In this document: positions 7,434 to 11,099 of the stretch, one piece after another
Numbering within the stretch: the first letter of the stretch is position 1
Layout of the letters: each line of letters starts with the position of its first letter
DNA from: Candidatus Methylomirabilota bacterium
GTDB lineage: Bacteria; Methylomirabilota; Methylomirabilia; Rokubacteriales; CSP1-6
Direction of reading: 5' to 3'
Assembly: GCA_046726415.1 (NCBI GenBank)
Contig: JBKPAK010000132.1
Span: 1-11,099, forward strand
DNA: 11,099 nt
Translations under genes and position numbers: made by a program
The notes under the pieces: model-generated
Told to the model about the DNA's origin: nothing
The model's database searches: none
Seen by the model: the letters and a program-made list of their open reading frames with translations, nothing else

Positions 7434-7835
7434 ATGGCTGACGTGCCGAAACGCATCAAGCGGCTCCTGCGAGAGTACGCAGGCGCCGCCCATGAGGAGG
7501 AACTTCGGCGAGCCCTGCTCCCCGTCTCGGAGGCGTTTGGGCGGTGGGCGAGACGAGAGCTGAGCAGTGGCGATCTCAGCGAGATCATCCATCGCTTCCA
7601 CCAGGGGCCGGCAAGGGAGTTGTGGGTCCGCTACAACACACGCCATCTGGAGATGCCGGTGGCGTTTGCGATCACGACCGGCGTGCTGGGTCGCGAAACG
7701 ATTCCCGCTGAGCTCCTGGAGCATCTTGCCGGCGCCTTGCGATTCTACGAGGAAGAGCAGGCGGATGCTTCAGAAGATCGCGGCCAGGAGTTCGAGGTGC
7801 AAGCCCTCAACCAGCGCGAGACGTCGAGCATCGGG
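7434..7835 (+). CDS. Cassette hypothetical helical protein (about 110 aa), now reading in frame into the downstream gene
   Basis: SD-like AAGGA before ATG 7434. MADVPKRIKRLLREYAGAAHEEELRRAL...IHRFHQGPARELWVRYN...LRFYEEEQ. There is no stop before ATG 7836. Confidence 0.75.
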
Positions 7836-8517
7836 ATGATGGCGACCGCTCAGGTCTACCAGTTCAAGCTGGCCCTCGTCGGGGTCGAGCCGCCCATCTG
7901 GAGACGAATCCAAGTACCCGAGGACTACAGCTTCTGGGACCTGCACGTAGCCCTTCAGGACGCGATGGGATGGCTCGACTACCATCTGCACGTCTTTCGT
8001 GTGGCCGGGCCCGGAGCGGACGAGGTGGAGCAGATCGGCATCCCGGACGACGATCCGTTCGAGGGCGACAAGCCCACGCTGCCGGGCTGGGAGATCCCGA
8101 TCACCCGTCACTTCCTCCGCCCCGGTACAGCTGTTCCGTACGAGTACGACTTCGGGGACGGGTGGGAACACGAGCTGACGCTCGAGGCGATCCTGCCGCG
8201 GCAAGCGGCCAGAAGTATCCCTCTGCGTCGACGGCGCCAGGGCCTGCCCACCCGAGGACTGCGGCGGCGTCCATGGTTACGAGACCTTTCTGACCGTGAT
8301 CCAGGACCCCACTCACGAGGAGTACGAGAGCACCCTCGAGTGGCTCGGTGGTCGATTCGACCCCGACAGGTTCGACCCAAAGCGCGTGAAGTTCGACGAC
8401 CCTGCCCGCCGCTATCGGCTCGCGTTCGAGGAGCCTCGCGAGCGGGCTCCCCGGAGACGTCGCACGACAACGCCCGGTCGGACGCGTCGCAAGCGGTCGC
8501 GCAGAAGCACCGGCTGA
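7836..8517 (+). pseudogene. Plasmid pRiA4b ORF-3 family protein, two frameshifts at about 8207 and 8221
   Basis: VYQFKLALVGVEPPIWRRIQVP...LHVALQDAMGWLDYHLHVF...YEYDFGDGWEHELTLE / GQKYP / LCVDGARACPPEDCGGVHGYETFL...EWLGGRFDPDRFD are hallmark motifs of this family. Confidence 0.92.
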
Positions 8518-8530
8518 ACGAACCACCCCA

Positions 8531-8592
8531 AGTTACAGACCCCGTTGACAGCACTGGCTCACATTCGCCGGAACTCCCCGCGCGGATTGAGA
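8531..8592 (+). other. Heavily eroded attC of the attC1 family
   Basis: CTGGCTCACATTCGC (8554-8568) is 13/15 identical to the attC1 loop CTCGCTCGCATTCGC (5708-5722). It is flanked by TTGA on the left and CTCCCCGCGCGGATT on the right, and lies just after a stop codon. Confidence 0.45.
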
Positions 8593-8604
8593 AAACGCGA
8601 CGGG

Positions 8605-8781
8605 GGGACAGAACCCCAGCTTACAGTATCCCGTGCTGGTCCGCAGCGCGGCGAGGTCACATGTCAGCCGCATCAATACCGTGGTCGTCTGCGTGCTGAC
8701 GAACAACATTGCCCTGGCCAAGCGCGGCGAGCCGAGAAGCAGTGTTTCGTAGGTCAGCTTTCGCCTAGCAATGTGCGATGA
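8605..8781 (+). pseudogene. MazF/PemK-family toxin remnant (truncated, internally deleted, frameshifted)
   Basis: Stitched frames give GTEP / AY / YPVLV...VSRINTVVVCVLTNNIALAK (8666-8722) / FVGQLSPSNVR*, matching the PemK pattern GSEP...P..V......SRI.TV.V..LTSN...A. Confidence 0.68.
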
Positions 8782-8909
8782 GCGGTCGCATGCGCCGACG
8801 AGCGCCTCGGCCAGTTCGCGCAGCTGCGCCTTGGCATTCGTCGCGAATAGTGCTGCACAACCTCGGAGCCGACCACTGCGGCCCGCCCACTGGCGGGCGC
8901 ACATACTGC

Positions 8910-8939
8910 TTGACAAGGTGCGTGCAGGGCATCGATAGT
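8910..8939 (+). promoter_or_regulatory. Candidate sigma70 promoter of the S8/ATP-grasp operon
   Basis: Perfect TTGACA (8910-8915), 18 nt spacer, GATAGT (8934-8939). A GCCCGCC-CACT-GGCGGGC hairpin (8881-8898) lies upstream, and SD GGGAGG precedes ATG 8971. Confidence 0.5.
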
Positions 8940-8970
8940 TCTGCCGCGCCGACTCGCCCAGGGAGGTTTC

Positions 8971-10368
8971 ATGCCAAACGACGAACGCGCCGCAAGCCCT
9001 GGGACGATCCGCGTCCTCGTCCAAGTCGTCGTCGCGGCGAACGCCGATGTGTTTGGGATCTTCGCGATGGCGGAGGGCTGGAAGGAGTCGACCGGCTTTG
9101 AGGTCGACCGGACCTACCGTCCAGTCCGGATCAGGGTTCCTCAGGCGGGATACGCGGGAAAGGGCGCCCGAGCCGCCAAAGGTGAACGTCCGGGCGGGAC
9201 GAGCGCACCTCGTGAATCGCGGGAGCGGCCACGAGTAGCGGCGCAGCGCACGGTCATTCTCAGAGGCCGGATCGCCCCCGACCGGACGGACGCCCTGAGG
9301 GCCATGCCCAACGTGCAGAGGGTGTCCGAGGATGTTCGGCTGGAGCCGTTCGCCGTGGGCAGGAGACTCGGGGTTGATTGCGCAACGCTCGGCCACCCCA
9401 TCGGCGATGTGAAGCAACTGGCGCGAAAGCTCGGGGTCGACAGGATCTGGGCCGAGGGCTACGACGGTCACGGGGTCGTCGTCGGCGTGGTCGATGCCGG
9501 CATCACCGCGCGCGGGCGAGACGTCAATCCAACCGAGATACCGGCTATACCCCTGCCGCCGGCAGTCGGTCGCGTTGCAAACGGCCGACCGGACGATTGG
9601 GGCACGACCGCCGTGGGCTGGGGTCAGCACGGCAACATGATGGCTTTCGACATCCAGGCGGTGGCGCCGGCGGCGACGCTCTGGGACATTCGCATCTGGG
9701 AGCCCGGCGGAGAGTTCGAAACCTACCTGGGCAACGCCATCGCTGGGTACCGCGCGGCCATCGACAGCCATCGCCTCCGCGGCGAGCCCCACATCCTCAG
9801 CAACAGCTGGGGACTCTACGACAGCGCCAAGTCCTCCGAATATGCGTCGGATCCGGACAGTATGTTCGCTCTCATGGTCGAGGAAGCCCTCGACGAGGGA
9901 ATCCTGGTGCTGTTCGCCGCGGGCAACTGCGGTCGGGCCTGTCCGTCCAACCGGTGCGGTTCTGGGAACACCGGGCCAGGGCAGAGCATCCTCGGTCCAA
10001 ACGGACACCCGCGGGTGATGACCATCGGTGCGGCCGACCTGGATGACGAGTGGTGCGGCTACAGCAGTCAAGGGCCGGCGCTCTTGCCGCCAAATGCCGC
10101 CAAGCCCGATTTCTGCGCCTACACGCAGTTCGAGGGCTTCTTCCCTTCGGCAGACCCGATCTTGCGCGACTTCGACGGCGGCACCTCGGCGGCCAATGCT
10201 GTGGCGGCCGGCGTGGTCGCTCTCCTGAAGCACCGGCGGCCCGATCTCACGCAGGACGAGGTCAAGGCCGTGCTGGCCGAGACCGCCGAGGATATCTGGA
10301 TCCCTGGCTTCGATCGGGACACGGGCGCGGGCGTCATCCGGGCGAAGGCGGCCTTCGACCTCCTATGA
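8971..10368 (+). CDS. S8 (subtilisin-like) serine peptidase, 465 aa
   Basis: Catalytic set VVGVVD175AG, GQH220GNMMA, FAAGN319 and GGTS406AA, plus SNSWG, YSSQGP, KPD and the C-terminal G.G.I.A..A. The N-terminal region looks like a propeptide. No evident signal peptide. Confidence 0.95.
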   Translation: MPNDERAASPGTIRVLVQVVVAANADVFGIFAMAEGWKESTGFEVDRTYRPVRIRVPQAGYAGKGARAAKGERPGGTSAPRESRERPRVAAQRTVILRGRIAPDRTDALRAMPNVQRVSEDVRLEPFAVGRRLGVDCATLGHPIGDVKQLARKLGVDRIWAEGYDGHGVVVGVVDAGITARGRDVNPTEIPAIPLPPAVGRVANGRPDDWGTTAVGWGQHGNMMAFDIQAVAPAATLWDIRIWEPGGEFETYLGNAIAGYRAAIDSHRLRGEPHILSNSWGLYDSAKSSEYASDPDSMFALMVEEALDEGILVLFAAGNCGRACPSNRCGSGNTGPGQSILGPNGHPRVMTIGAADLDDEWCGYSSQGPALLPPNAAKPDFCAYTQFEGFFPSADPILRDFDGGTSAANAVAAGVVALLKHRRPDLTQDEVKAVLAETAEDIWIPGFDRDTGAGVIRAKAAFDLL

Positions 10369-11099
10369 AGCCGACCCGTATCCTCATCATGGGCGCGGGC
10401 AGCGCCGCCGCCGAGAACCTGATCCAGTCCCTGCGAAGAGTCGAGCCGACGCTCGTGCTCCTCGGCTGCCACGAGGACCGCTTCGTCCTCAAACACTCCG
10501 CGGTCGACGCCCGCCACCTCGTCCCGTCGTCCGGTGCGCCCGATTTCATCCGACGTATTGTCGGCCTGGGGCAGGCGTGTCACATCGATCTCGTGATACC
10601 CACCGCCGATGCCCACGTTCTCGCCCTCTCGTCCGGCCGGCGCCGGCTGGCCGGCAAGCTCTTCCTTCCCGCACACTCCGTGGTGCAGCTCTGCCGCGAC
10701 AAATACGCGCTGGCCGTCGTGCTGCGCCGCCGAGGGCTCCCAGCTCCCCTCACGTATTGCGTGAAGCGCCTGGAGGCGATCGAAGGGATTGTCGCGCGGT
10801 TCGGTCAGCCCTCGCGCCTGTGGTGCCGGCCGCGAACGGGGACGTGCGCACGGGGTGGTGGTGCGGTGTCGAGCGCCGAGCAGGCGCGGAACTGGATCCG
10901 CCTGTGGGAGGCCATGCAGGGCGTGCCCGCCTCGTCATTCACCTTGTCGGAGTACCTGCCGGGACGCGAGATCCTCTGCCAGAGCGTCTGGCTTCGCGGC
11001 CGGATGATCCTGGCCAACACGTTCGAGCGCCTGTCGTACTTCGGCGTGGACAACATCCCGAGCGGGGTGACGTCGCTCTCGTCGCTGGCCAAGACGGTC
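10365..11099 (+). CDS. ATP-grasp domain protein (3'-partial; not in ORF track)
   Basis: ATGA overlap with the S8 stop, then 245 open codons: MKPTRILIMGAGSAAAENLIQSL...IDLVIPTAD...LCRDKYAL...RGLPAPLTY...WCRPRTGTCARGG...LSEYLPGREI. This is a pre-ATP-grasp Rossmann-like domain plus DK, phosphate-loop and EYLPG.E motifs. Confidence 0.88.
   Translation, partial: MKPTRILIMGAGSAAAENLIQSLRRVEPTLVLLGCHEDRFVLKHSAVDARHLVPSSGAPDFIRRIVGLGQACHIDLVIPTADAHVLALSSGRRRLAGKLFLPAHSVVQLCRDKYALAVVLRRRGLPAPLTYCVKRLEAIEGIVARFGQPSRLWCRPRTGTCARGGGAVSSAEQARNWIRLWEAMQGVPASSFTLSEYLPGREILCQSVWLRGRMILANTFERLSYFGVDNIPSGVTSLSSLAKTV

Larger units (their letters stand above)
3619..8845 (+). mobile_element. Integron with integrase co-directional with and upstream of the cassette array (inverted-integrase layout), largely decayed
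   Basis: intI, a candidate attI at about 4869, and serial plus-strand short ORFs each followed by an attC or attC remnant. The right boundary is approximate. Confidence 0.85.

Noticed and set aside
8222-8699. C-terminal tail of the 427-aa ORF 7416-8699
   Set aside because: It is an out-of-frame product of frameshifts. The true family C-terminus (CPPEDCGG...FDP) is in another frame ending at 8517.
8533-10233. 566-aa minus-strand ORF
   Set aside because: It is a shadow of the S8 gene, typical of high-GC DNA, and has no motifs.

Overview
GC-rich bacterial window built around a decaying integron in the 'inverted integrase' layout. An integron integrase (intI, 3619-4670, one frameshift) is followed on the SAME strand by a candidate attI (crossover G|TTGGAC at 4869) and about 7-8 cassettes or cassette remnants. 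In order these are a class I SAM methyltransferase, a membrane protein, a small hypothetical, a hicA remnant, a pseudogenised hypothetical, a hypothetical fused in frame to a pRiA4b ORF-3 family gene, and a mazF/pemK remnant. One intact attC and several progressively eroded ones separate them. Left of the integron are the end of a LuxR-type regulator, an orphan GMC-oxidoreductase C-terminal fragment, a DUF2652 (cyclase-fold) gene, and a minus-strand hypothetical followed by a truncated XerC/D-like tyrosine recombinase. About 1.2 kb (2300-3500) could not be assigned. Right of the integron is an intact, translationally coupled pair: an S8 serine peptidase and an ATP-grasp protein that runs off the window end. 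Several features (LuxR end, GMC fragment, hicA, mazF, the 6877-7341 pseudogene, ATP-grasp) are absent or fragmented in the ORF track and were translated by hand. All family calls are motif recognition by eye, not database searches.
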